A stretch of 64,000 nt of DNA from Chrysomallon squamiferum (lineage: Eukaryota; Animalia; Mollusca). Position numbers and translations under genes: made by a program. The notes under the pieces are model-generated. The model was not told the DNA's origin. It saw only the letters and a program-made list of their open reading frames with translations, and searched no databases. Positions 1 to 15,347 of this stretch are shown here, piece after piece. Where the stretch lies: assembly GCA_012295275.1 (NCBI GenBank), contig CM022667.1, positions 10,230,001 through 10,294,000 on the forward strand. The letters run 5' to 3'. Every line of letters begins with the position of its first letter. The stretch's first letter is position 1.

Positions 1-76
1 GAAAGTTACATTTTTGTTTTCATGACAGCAGTATTTAATACACTTTGCTAAAATATTTCAGCAGAATCAAACTCAC

Positions 77-711
77 ATATGCTGGAGCGTACTGGTCACT
101 CTGTGAATGGCGGCTCGTCTGTGAATTTTATAGCGTGTTTGAAACAGCTCGTAGATATCTAAGGCCTCCTGTTAATAAGTTACAATATATCAACAGATTG
201 TCAACATTTGTGGACGTATGGGTAATATTTTTTATCCAGTTTTATCAGAGTGCAAATCATGTCCAATACCGTTTGCTGTAAATCATTTATAACAATCTTT
301 TCTGGTATCAAAGTGTATAACTTGATATAAATCAGATTATAACGACGAGGATGATGTTGAAGATTAAGTTCCTGATGACGAATGTGATAATGGTAATGAT
401 TAAGATGATGATTACGATAATCATAACATTGATGATGAAGATATTATGAGGATGATGATGATATTATCTCACTTTATCCCTCCCACAAATGTGATACCGC
501 CCGTCTTCAGCTTTTAGAACTCTGGCAAACTTCATGTAACGAATGTGATCGAAATTGCTTTTGAATCCGAGCTGATAGCTGTCTCGTGCGAAATACTCGA
601 ACTTGTCGACATCAATCCCATTGCTTTTGTTTGCAACTATCTGAAAAACAAAGACACTTATAATTTAATGTTTTGAAATCAAATCTGTTAAAGCGTTTAT
701 AAAACATCAAA

Positions 712-774
<63 letters not shown>

Positions 775-889
775 TGATGATGATTATGATAATAATAAAA
801 ATAATATTAAAAACAACAACAACAACAACAACTATAATATTAATAATAATAATGATAATAATAGTAATAGTAATAATAATAATAAAATC

Positions 890-937
<48 letters not shown>

Positions 938-2165
938 TGTTTATCATGTCTGGATCGATCTATGTTTTCATCTTAATTTAATTCATTAATTATTTATTTA
1001 TTTCATTTATTATTTACAAAAGACTTCTTTCCAAAATAAATGAAATTATTATTTTTAACAAATGCCATAATTCATAGTGATGAGGGGATAAATCAGTGTT
1101 GTTGTACATTAAATATCTAATTGCAAATCTGTCATTGAGGTGACTCCATATTTAAAAAGGAACAAAATAAAAAAGCGTCATAAATCAGAAGAAACGGCAG
1201 CAGTCATATTCATGGGTGACTTCTTTTACTGTTTGAGTTTGTTATTAGTAAAGATTGGTTTCATATTATAAATAATAATATAAGAATATATGGAATTGTA
1301 GATGCCGGTTCCTACTACTCTTCCCAAACCATCCAATATACAATAAAATTAAAATTATCATGTTTATAAATTAAATCATCAGATTATTTTTTACATTATT
1401 ATTATTTATTATTATTATTTGTTAATACTTTTACCCTTTTTTTTGTGATGGTATTTTTTTGTCGTAAAAACATAAATAAAAGTAGCCTTTAATAAAATAT
1501 AATTTATAATTCTGTTTATGATTGCAACAAACTTTGCTATATATTTCATATAATTTAAAACAAAATGAGAGGTACAGCAATAATAAAGATTAAATTATAA
1601 AGCAGCTTTAATTAGAAATAATATAACCGTTTTACCTCAAACAGAAAACGTTTGTTTTCATCCCTGCCAATGTTTTCCCAGTCCTAAGGAGAAAAAGTAA
1701 TAACATTAGAATTAAAACAAAAAACCAATAACAATCATTTATACCATTATTATTTCAGTTGGTACTAAACATTCAGAACAATTCCCTAGTCACAGATGCA
1801 TGTTAATGTCTCACCTGTTTTCGCATATTGTCAGGGAGTCCCTTCATCAGCAGTTTTATGAAATTTTTGTCCTTTTCGTACAGTCCTCGTTTTTCAAATT
1901 CTGGATCAAGTTTGTTTTCTTCAATTAAATGGTCAAACATCATTTCAGTAGCCTCCTCGTGCTGAATCAAAACATGATGACAAAAGGTTTATAGACATTA
2001 CAACAACAATTTTAGAAAAAAAGACTAGAAAGAATATTTACAGAAAAGGCTGAGATTACCTCGACGACAAAAAATATTACAAATCTAAACAGTTAACTAA
2101 GCCATAATTTAAAAATAAAAATAAAATATATCCAAAAATCTGGATTAATTTTATTATTGTTGTAG

Positions 2166-2215
<50 letters not shown>

Positions 2216-2424
2216 TATGAGATCAAATTTAAAGATAAACAATACAAACACTCCATTTTGATTTCTCTGGTCGTATTTTTCGAATGAATGAATGTTCAAA
2301 TAAATGTGAATATGGTCCATGTCCTGCAATAGAATGAAATAAAATAAAATGAAATAAAATAGATAGATAGAAAAAATAAATAAATAAAGAAACATATAAA
2401 CACACGCATCAACAACAACAACAA

Positions 2425-2468
<44 letters not shown>

Positions 2469-4471
2469 TTACTACTACTACTACTAATAATAATACTAAT
2501 AATGATAAATAGATCAATGTATGATTTAAAATACTGTATGAAAATAAACAGAAGCCGTTTAAGTATAATCGGTAACTATGATCTATAAAGAACTTTATCT
2601 TACGTCAAACCTTAAATTCAGTGTGAGCCAGTTCGTAGTTTCAGTAACAAGTATGTGTTGCGCGTAGAACATGGCCAGAGTTTTATTGTGCTGCTGTTTG
2701 TAATAGTAGAACACAGATTTATTACAACAAGAAGAAATATTTCAAATTATTACCCAGGTCGTGGCAAAGCCCAGCGATTTCTACACAAAGTTTATCTTTC
2801 TCACTTATATTCAGATCTTTCTGACTGTCCATTAATGTCTGTATAAAAACCCTAGCCAGATGATATACACTACAAAATAAATTTAAATAAATAAATAAAA
2901 TAATAAATAAATAAATTAGACAGTTAATTAATTTTACTAATAATAGTAATAAAGTATTAAATTAATCATTTAAGTAATACTACTACTACTATTAATAATA
3001 ATAAATACAACAGCAATGATAATAATAACAACAACAACAACAGAAACAACAACAACACTCTTCAGTTGATTACTTTAGGTAGTAGTACAGTGAGGCTTCT
3101 AAAGTCTTCATATAGTGGTACAGGAAATAATGTAATACTCATTTTGACTTCATAACAAACATTTTGAATGTTACCACTTTACCCCGATAGACAGCACTGA
3201 AAGCTGTATTTTACTGGAACAGATCTTGGAACAGAGACAAAAACCAAGACAAGGAGGTTTTTAGAAGAATATTGATCGGCTGGACCGCATTTGCGAAGCA
3301 AGCACCACGAGAAATCTTGGAACCTGGTTGAATAGACAAATCTACAATTCATCCTATTTCCAACTTCGGAGCTGTCAGTTAAGCAAAATAACAACCCAGC
3401 TTTTCAGAAACAAAGATGGAATCGAGTACATTGATCATCAGCTATGGAGACCGAAAACCAAACATAATGGTAAAAGAAAAGATGGTTAAAGATGTGACTG
3501 TATAGATTAAAAGATTGAAGTGGACCTGGGCAGCACACATAACAGACCAGAAGATAACCGATAAACATCGACTGTCACCTCCATGAAATCTGCAGGGATA
3601 AAGTATATGAGTACCTGAAGGGAACCATCTGGGAGAAAACCATACAAGAGAGGATTATGAGGCTTTCACTCAACAACGGGTCAATTACTAAACGAAAAGA
3701 ACAAAAGCTTGGAAGTATGTAGGATACATTTAGACTATTTCTCCGTATTACCAAAGGTTCGCTGCTTACCCGATGCTGTGTTCAAATCGATTGTGTGAAG
3801 CTGCAGGATAAACAAAGTAAGCCAAGCCTTGTTGTTTTAGAAAACGAAGTCTCTGAAACTGCATCGTATCTATTATCTTTACACTCAGAGGATCTACTTG
3901 AATGCTGCCATGGATCGGGTCATTAAAAATCTGATAATATTGTGCAGACTTCGGTCAAGTATTTATACATTCTTTAAAATATATGTGTATAAATATATGT
4001 GTTTGTTTACTGAATACTTTATTACTGTACTGGTACGTATGTATGCATGTGTGCATGTATGTCTGTCTGTACGTACGTAATAGTGTATGCATGTGTATAT
4101 ATGTATGTATATAAAATACATTTGAAAGATAAATTCGAGATTTGACATTGTAAGTAACTGCAAATTATAACATCTGTAAACAAACAACAACAAGATCAAT
4201 AACAAAAAATATCCCCATATAGGAAAATTATTTTCTTAGTATCCAATTTCATTTACCTTTTTATTGACTCTCCGTTGGCTGTCTCTCCCTGTCTCAGATC
4301 TGAAAAGTAATAATAATAATACATATTTAGAATATTTCTGCTTGTGAAGGTAAACATTAAATAAATAAAAATAACTTACCCGATGCTGTGTTTAAATCGA
4401 TTATGTGAAGCTGCAGGATAAAGAAAGGAAGTCAAACCAAGTTTTAGAAAACGAAGTCTTTGCAACTGCAT
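77..4471 (-). CDS. SAMHD1: SAMHD1-like HD-domain dNTPase, copy A (5' part; continues beyond left edge)
   Basis: GT-AG exons with consistent phases: 4535-4380 (duplicated exon 2, in-frame ATG 4471), 4299-4257 ([14 protein letters not shown]), 3930-3770 (IFNDPIHG...KQQG...HNRFEHSIG), 2869-2754 (...IAGLCHDLG), 2323-2250 (HGPYSHLFE), 1961-1815 (HEEATEMMF), 1683-1636, 640-473 ([14 protein letters not shown]), 168-77 ([12 protein letters not shown]). No stop or frameshift seen. Start codon is inferred. Confidence 0.88.
3230..3690 (+). mobile_element. Decayed RTE-like LINE 3' fragment (intron of copy A)
   Basis: Broken translations [14 protein letters not shown] and [12 protein letters not shown] resemble RTE-type RT C-terminal motifs. 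Confidence 0.6.
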
Positions 4472-4689
4472 CGTGTCTATTATCTTTATACTCAGAGAAT
4501 CCACTTCAATGCTGTCGTGGACAGGGTGATCAGAACTGTCAAACGTGTGTGCATATGTATTTATGCATTAAATTTCTTATCTATGCTTATATATATATAT
4601 ATAAATACTGTAGGACGTTTTTGTTCACTAGAAGCACAATAAAGACAAGACACCAAAAAAAAAAAAAAAAAATTAAAAGAAATCTGTTA

Positions 4690-5143
4690 TTTTATTGAAC
4701 GCAATTCGAACCTTATGACTAGATATCTGTCTCAAAGATCATTCTGCGAAATAAAAGCCCGTGACACGTATTAATCCGGAGGTCATAACTAATACCGCTT
4801 CTCACGACGCAGGGGAACTCACAGCTTTTTGTGGGTGCGGCAGACCAAATCAACAATCATGACAGAAATGACAGACTAAGATAAAAATATTCTTCTGTCA
4901 CAATGACGCAGTAACTATTCAAGAGATAAAGACTTAACAATATAATTTGCTAAACGACTGAAACTTTACAAAAGAGCTGTAGGGTGTAGTTAAGTGATTA
5001 TTATTTTAGTGTACGTTGAATGTAATGTATACCTTTGCTGTGGACAATTAACTATACAAATCTAATATTACTCTGTACAGACACGTAAGTAATTTGTTAG
5101 CAATAAATCTATTATGAAATAAGCAGCGATTCTATGTCGTTAA

Positions 5144-5206
<63 letters not shown>

Positions 5207-5450
5207 ATATATATATATATATAGACATAAACAGTGAAAATTATAAAATAAACCAACGGAAAGAACTGCTAGAAACGATCGTGATATAAAAAATACAATA
5301 AAGAAAAAAGATAAAGGAAAAGCGTGTAAGTTTCGGTTTCGATTTCCTCAGATTTAAAAATAAAACGTGTTGACCGGAGTCTGAAAAATATTTCAAGTCT
5401 ACACATTAATTTGTAACATCTTTAAGGTGAGTTAAAAAAAATCTGAATTT
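4690..5450 (-). promoter_or_regulatory. Conserved CpG-enriched upstream module (putative promoter/5' exon)
   Basis: Recurs at ~29615-30350 (-), ~47305-47950 (-), 63850-64000 (-), ~58020-58560 (+), and partially at ~20315-20600 (+) and ~44830-45165 (-). Contains an acceptor-like cag|AATGATCT and the ISRE. Confidence 0.55.
5329..5346. promoter_or_regulatory. ISRE/IRF-type element
   Basis: AGTTTCGGTTTCGATTTC matches the ISRE consensus AGTTTCNNTTTC with a third half-site; lies between divergent copies A and B. Confidence 0.6.
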
Positions 5451-5502
5451 GGTAATAATTTATATGCTAATGTTACTATGACACAGCAAATATAAATCTA
5501 TA

Positions 5503-5720
5503 CATGTATGTATGTATGTATGTATGTATCTATGTATGTATGTATGTATGTATGAATGTTTGTATGTATGTATGTATGTATGTATGTATGTATCTATGTA
5601 TGTATGTATGTAGGTATGAATGTATGTATGTATGAATGTTTGTATGTATGTATGTGTGTATGTATGTATGTATGTATGTATGTATGTATGTATGTATGTA
5701 TTTATGTATGTGTATGTATA
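5503..5720. repeat. (TATG)n microsatellite
   Basis: Direct reading; paralogue at ~30403-30632. Confidence 0.95.
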
Positions 5721-6099
5721 AAACCAAAATAAATAAAAATTATATTTTTGTCTTTTTAGTTTGCAAAATCTTCACATTTCAAAGTTGTTTATTGACATAT
5801 TAGGTTCTGTTCTGTTTATATATTAATACAAAACATGTTAAATGTAACACAAAAAGAGCACGCCACTAAATACTTGTTACTTAAATATCAGATTTGAAAT
5901 AAAGAAAGTGAATTAAATTAATTGTTTTCAAATTGTTCCAATTGCAAAAAAAGTCATACTTTTACAGGAAGATGCAAATTAAATTAAATTAAATTAAATT
6001 AGCATGCTGAAAAAAGCTATCATGAGACAAAAATGCCCTTGTTAGAGATTGTTAATTCCACTGATATTAGAAACTAATAACAACAACAACAACAACAAC

Positions 6100-6135
<36 letters not shown>

Positions 6136-6171
6136 CATAAGAAGAAGAAGAAGAAGAAGAAGAAGAATAGC

Positions 6172-6231
<60 letters not shown>

Positions 6232-7429
6232 GGAACGATATTTTCCATTCTCAGAACAATTTTGAAAAACTTCACTCAATTCAGAATTGTCCAGTATGAC
6301 TTTGTTATCTGATATAGACTACCGTTAAAAAAGTCAGTCGACAGTAAAGGGATAAAATTATATGTCCAAATATATTTCACTAAATGACTGTATTTGTTGG
6401 CTTAATATCAGCTATCAACAAAAGTGTTAGATATTTATTCATCCCATTTCAGTTTCCACAATATTAACAAAAGAAAATAAATGTACACTTTATGTTAACT
6501 TAAATCAATAAAAATGTTTTTAAAGATTCCATTTGAAGGATCACATAATCACTGATAATTAACATTTGATTTTGTTTCCCAGATTAATTTATTTCCAACC
6601 CTACCCCCACTACCACTACCTCCACTACCCCATTGCCCACGAAAGTATGCTTGTTAATGTTACAGAATGGGACAACATGCCCAAATTCACCCTAAAAAAT
6701 GCTATGGCACCTTGTGGCATATTATCTAACAGTTAGAGGAAATCGGCGAAACTGTCATCTTTGGGTATGACGGATGGGTGAAATAAAGGTGGCTGATTCT
6801 CAAATAACTGTTCATTCCCCTGCTGCCTACCAAGTACTGATTTATGGAATGACAAAAAAGTATGCCTTTCTCTTGGAAATTATTTTTTTCTCTACCACTA
6901 CAACATATGAGAGGCAATAACCTTTGATCATGATCATTCTGCCACTACTGCTGGTACTACTACAACGATTATCATTATTATTCTTATTATTATTGTTATT
7001 ATTAGTATTATTATTATTATATTATTATTTTTATTATTATTACTATTATTATTATTATTGTAATTGTTGTTGTTATTATTATTATTATTACTATTATTAG
7101 TAGTAGTAGTAGCAGTAGTAGTATCATCATCATTATTGTTATTGTTTATTTTTTATTGTTATTGTTGTTCTTCTTCTTATTATTATTATTATTATTACTA
7201 CTGCTACTACTATTAATACTACTACTACTATTACTACTACTAGTATTATTATTATTATTAGTAGTAGTAGTAGTTGTAGCAGCAGAACTAGTAGTAGTAT
7301 TACTTGTCAGAATGTCCCATAGCAGTATCATCATCATTATTGTTATTTTTATTGATATTGTTATTGTTAATTATTATTATTATTATAAATAAATTATTAT
7401 CATTACCATTATCATTATGGTTACTGTTA

Positions 7430-7500
<71 letters not shown>

Positions 7501-7509
7501 TCTTGTCAG

Positions 7510-9533
<2,024 letters not shown>

Positions 9534-9607
9534 GTAACTGAATTGAGATTCTAAAACACAATAATTTTCTTATTAGACTGTTTCTTTTATTGTTGTTTAT
9601 TCTTGTC

Positions 9608-9685
<78 letters not shown>

Positions 9686-10749
9686 GATTTGGCAGAATGT
9701 CGTCTGATGGAAGTGAAGACAGGTCAGGGAGAAAAAGAAAAAAGGTAATTAATTGTCATATTCTTAATTGGGGATGTTTCTTGTTCTTCTTACTTGTTTA
9801 GTTCTTTTTTTTTTCTGTATTGTAACTGTTATTATTATAATTGATATTGTTTTGTTTCTTTTTGTCAAATAACTGTCATAGTATTCAACGCTAGTGCAGT
9901 CTCAGAAAAAAATAAACATCCTTTAAATTTATTTAACAGACGTACAAGTACAAGCCTGCATGCTTACATATATATAAACAATCACACACATGCCTACATA
10001 TACTTTTATAGATACAAAAAGACATATACAAACATAAATAAAAATGTACACATACAAATTTCAGATCTTTAATGATGCCATTCATGGCAGCATTGAAGTG
10101 GATCCTCTGAGTATAAAGATAATCGATACGATGCAGTTTCAGAGACTTCGTTTTCTAAAACAACTCGGTTTGGCTTACTTTGTTTATCCTGCAGCATCAC
10201 ACAATCGATTTGAACACTGCATCGGGTAAGTTATTTTTATTTATATTTATACCTTTAGTATTCGGAGAAATAGTATAAATATATCCAACATAATTTCAAG
10301 TTTTGTTTCGTTTCTTTATTAATTCTGTATATATATATATTTTTTTATTATTATTATTATTCATTTGTTTGTTTTTTGTGTTTGAGTGTTTATTTTGGCT
10401 CTCCTATGTTAATGAATAATGAAATGTAACAAGAATAGTGTAGATAAAGCCGCCATATTTATGTAGTCATGACGTCATCACAGACGTTTGAGCTCCAAAG
10501 TTTCTCCTATAAAGTTTCTCAAACATATTAAGTATCAGTCGTTGATATCAGAATTCTATGTATAAGAGTCATTGATTAAATGACATATTCCCCAAATTAC
10601 ATTTAATAATCCATGTAGAACTGATTGCATTATGAAGGCATACGTATTTAAAGGTTTGTAAACACTAATCGGCGTTCGACGTTGCCATCTTGCATTTCGA
10701 TCGGAAGTTTCCGTGAGCTCATGGAAAATTTTAAACTTCCAATTCTTCA

Positions 10750-11209
10750 ACTTAATCAAACCTTTCAAAGTGGATTATTTTTGTGAAAATGCGTGTATAA
10801 TATACTTAAATTATAATTCGGTAAAAGGTCAATGTTCCCCTGTCACAACCCAGCAGAAAAGAACATTTAGTTGTTCTTTGTACCCATTAAATCGGCGAAA
10901 TTTCTGGGGTTTTTTTTCCGTGACGTACTTTGTGCCGTTACGAGTTATCGTTCCTGTTGGTCCATATGTCAGTTATTGGCCAACAGGAACGATAACTCGT
11001 AATGTCACAAATTACGACACCGGAAAAAAATGCATCCAGAATTTAATGGATACGAACTGCACCTGAATGTTCTTTTCTGTTGGGTTCTGACACAGGAAAT
11101 ATTGCCAATTTAGAAAAGTTAATACATTAATCTTTTACCGAATTATAATTTTAGTTTATTACGCCCGCATTTGCACAAAAATAATCCAGTTTGAAAAGCT
11201 TGATCAAGT
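10750..11209. mobile_element. Foldback/MITE-like palindromic element in copy B intron 2
   Basis: Imperfect arms of ~210-230 bp around a ~19-nt loop (10961-10979). Core TTACGAGTTATCGTTCCTGTTGG / CCAACAGGAACGATAACTCGTAA. Outer arms: AAATTATAATTCGGTAAAAG / CTTTTACCGAATTATAATTT and GGATTATTTTTGTG / CACAAAAATAATCC. Confidence 0.75.
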
Positions 11210-11433
11210 GGAAAAAGGAGTTACGAAAGGCGCGCGACATCATGGTTTGGTAATGTGAACAACCATCCTTATTTTTATCAGTGTAAATGATAGAAAGTTC
11301 AGAAGACAGATGTTTGTCTGGTGAGTACAACACGCACGCGCGCGAACTATGAAAATAGCGTCTGGGACAAAACTTCCCATTTTCTGGTCTTTTCGGATTT
11401 CAGGTACTTGTATTATTACGACGTCGCCAGCCG

Positions 11434-11465
<32 letters not shown>

Positions 11466-11976
11466 AACAACCACAAAAAATAATAATAATAATAACAAAA
11501 TAAAATAAAGAATTTTCACAGACACTAACGCGTGAATATGAAGATGACTATTCTCTTTAGGTACTATAATGTGGACATGTTACTCTGGTAAGACTCCATA
11601 GGGAACAGCTCGGAGTACATAGTTGTAAAACGATACTTGAAACCATTATAATCCTTATTTTTTTTTAAATAATACTGATTTCCATTTTCAATGGATTGGA
11701 GGTCGCATTTACATGTAAAAAGCAAATTGATTACGTGTCATTTGAATGATTGCTTTGATACATTCATGACAACGCTTGATGCAGTTTTACAAAAGAAAAT
11801 GTAAAAAAATCCATTAAAAGTCCGTAAAAATTAAATGTTCACACTTTTTCATTAAAACTAAAAGCATTCAACTTCTAAAACATGTACTATTGTGTAGAAT
11901 GAGTTGTATATACAATCAGATACCAAGGTGACATTCAAATATTTTTCGTTGGTCTTTGTAATAATTTTGTAGTTCA

Positions 11977-12110
<134 letters not shown>

Positions 12111-12156
12111 AGATCTAATTTGTTTAGCTATGCCCCAATAATATTTTGAAAAGGAA

Positions 12157-12187
<31 letters not shown>

Positions 12188-12564
12188 ATAATAATAATAA
12201 ATATTATTATTATTATAGTTATTTATTTAGATTTTAAATTTATTTTGCAGTGTTTATCATCTGGCTGGTGAGTTTGTACAGAGATTAATGGACAGTCAGA
12301 AAGATCTGAATATAACTGAGAAAGATAAACTTTGTGTACAAATCGCTGGACTTTGCCACGACCTGGGTAATAATTTGAAACATTTCTCTGTGTGATACAT
12401 CTGTGTTCTACTATTACAAAGAGCAGCACAATAAAACTCTGGCCATGTTCTATGCTCACCTCATAACCTAGTTACTGAAACTGCGAAGGGGCGAATATTT
12501 GAAACACTTTAGTAACCTTGGTTACCGATTTACCGATTACTATCATTCTAAATCTAATGTAGAA

Positions 12565-12597
<33 letters not shown>

Positions 12598-12732
12598 TAT
12601 TAAAAAAAAAAATGAAAACTGTCAGTTCCAAAAAGTATAAAAATAAAGATATAATTAAATGGCAGCATTTGATCACGCGACCAAAATATTAGTTTAGAAC
12701 TGAATCTTACTTTAAAATTTCCAGATATTTAA

Positions 12733-12797
<65 letters not shown>

Positions 12798-12798
12798 C

Positions 12799-12851
<53 letters not shown>

Positions 12852-13239
12852 GACTAATAAACAGTTTTAACTTGATAAAATAAAACGATTATAAATGTGC
12901 TACTTCTACTCGTAATCTAGATGTATTATTAAGTGACTTTTTTCAGTTTGATAACGTTAGGTATTCTGCAAAAGGAGGTTGTCATATATTATTTCAATTA
13001 TATATATGTGCGAGCGTGCGTGCGTGTGTTTGTGTGTGAGTGTCTGTGTTTACGTATGTATGTATACTTATTTATTTATTTATTTATTTATTTATATTGC
13101 AGGACTTGGACCATATTCACACTTATTTGATAACAGGTTCATTCCAGAGGTGCGACCAAAGAAAGCAAAGTGGAGTGTTAGTTTTGTTTATCTTTAAATT
13201 TGAATTCATAACTCATACTACTATTACTACTACTACTAT

Positions 13240-13298
<59 letters not shown>

Positions 13299-15249
13299 AT
13301 AATAATAATAATAACAACAACAACAACAACAACAAGAATGATAACATTAACAGAAATAACTGCAACAGCAATAATAATGACAATGACAATAACAATAACA
13401 GTAACAACAACAACAATGATAATAATAATAATAATAATAATCATAATAATAATAATAAGTTGTTTATCATGCATGGTTCAATCCAGGCTTCCACTTTAAA
13501 CAGTTTATTTATTTATTTATTTAATTTTCATAAAATGATTGCATTCAAAATAAATATCATTATTCATAAAAGAATAATAATTATTAAAACAAACAAATAA
13601 ATAAATAAATAAGTTGTTTATGATGCCTGGCTCTAACAGTTGTTCAACCTGAAACAATTTATTTATTTATTTATTTATTTCTCTTGATCTTCACAAAACA
13701 AATATCATTATTCGGTATACTGATGGAGTTCTTTCTTTCTTTCTTTCTTTCTTATTTATTTATTTCTGAGAAATAACTTGCTTTCAAAGTAAATTGTTAT
13801 TTCTGACAAATGTCAACACCTGGAGAACTGATGAGGATATAAACCAGTGTTGTTCTACAGTTACCACTAAATGTCTGATGTTTTTATTCACATCTGCCAA
13901 GAAAAGTTTTCTGGTGCCTACATTTTTTTCCTCTAAAAAAATATAGCTATAAAGAAAAGAAAAGAAACCAAAGTAAATAATTTAAATAAAATCTGCAGTC
14001 TGTCTTCCAGTATTTCGTGTATAGACAATGTGTTTAGCTATGTTTTTAACTTTTTATTTTAATTTTTTAAATTTAAATTTATTATTATTATTATTTTTTT
14101 TTTAAGTGATTTTATTTTCATTTTGAAATGATGGCTGTGTCACGTGATCCAGATTTACGATACTTTTTGTAAAGAAACTAATCTCAGAATGCATTTTTGT
14201 TAATATATATATTTTTAATCATATTGTTTTTCTTGTTGTTCGTAGACTGATATAAATCTTTTCTTTGTCACCATATTCTGATTCAGCACGAGGACGCTAC
14301 CGAGCAGTTATTTGACTCTTTAACTGAAAAAAAAAATGTCAAAGATGAATTTGCTAAAAATAAACTGGACAAGAAGGACAAAGCTTTCATAAAACTCCTG
14401 ATCAAGGGACTCCCTGACAATATGTCAAAACAAGTAAGACATTAACGTACAACTATGACTAGGATGCATATTACCAACTGAAATAACAAAACTGCTTCAA
14501 AATATAGATTACAAATTGGTTGAGAATATTGTACTCGATATAAAATTCGGCTGTTCACTCTCAGTTCACTCTGACAGTCTGTGATTTCTGGTCTCTAGGA
14601 AGATACACATAACAAATCCTAGAAAATGTCCTCTTCAGTTTACCGTCTAAGGCTATTTCGCCTTCCAGTCAGTTCCTTGTCACTAACTTGTCAGCGGCCT
14701 TGTCATTTGCCTTCAACACTGCTATAAAATGTACACAAGAACTCAGATATTGAAAACTATTGGCAGCTGTATATTTACAAACATAAAAAGCAAACTGGAT
14801 TTTGTTTGAATTGTAATGTTTTATGATTCTCGTTAAAAACAACAACACTGATTAATGCTCTTTGTTCAAATAAAGGATTACATTAGGCTAAATAACTGAA
14901 ATATTATTATTATTTTTTTGATTTTTTGTATTAACAATTTTACATCTGAAATCGTGAAGACAAACACATGTATGAAAACATTACAGAACCTCTCTTGTTA
15001 CTGATGTGTATTTGTGGCTATTTTAATTACACATATATTTTTTCTTTTCTTTTTTCCCCCTTAGGACTGGAAAAGAATTGGTAGGAATAAAAAGAAAAGT
15101 TTTCTGTTTGAGGTAAAACGTGCAACATAATTTCTTACTAAAGCTGTTGTATTTTTATAAATTTTATGTTTACTATGTCTGTACTGCTTTGTTTGAAATT
15201 TATAATTAGTAACGTTTGCTGTATTTTGTGCAAAAAAGCCATCATCGTG

Positions 15250-15347
<98 letters not shown>

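Noticed and set aside
45-281. Repeated ORFs MLKYFSR… (also 24943, 40423, 62900) and M.R.EHGQSF… (2655, 12223, 27562) as a novel small-protein family
   Set aside because: They are antisense shadows of SAMHD1 exons 8 and 3 and recur only because the gene is duplicated.
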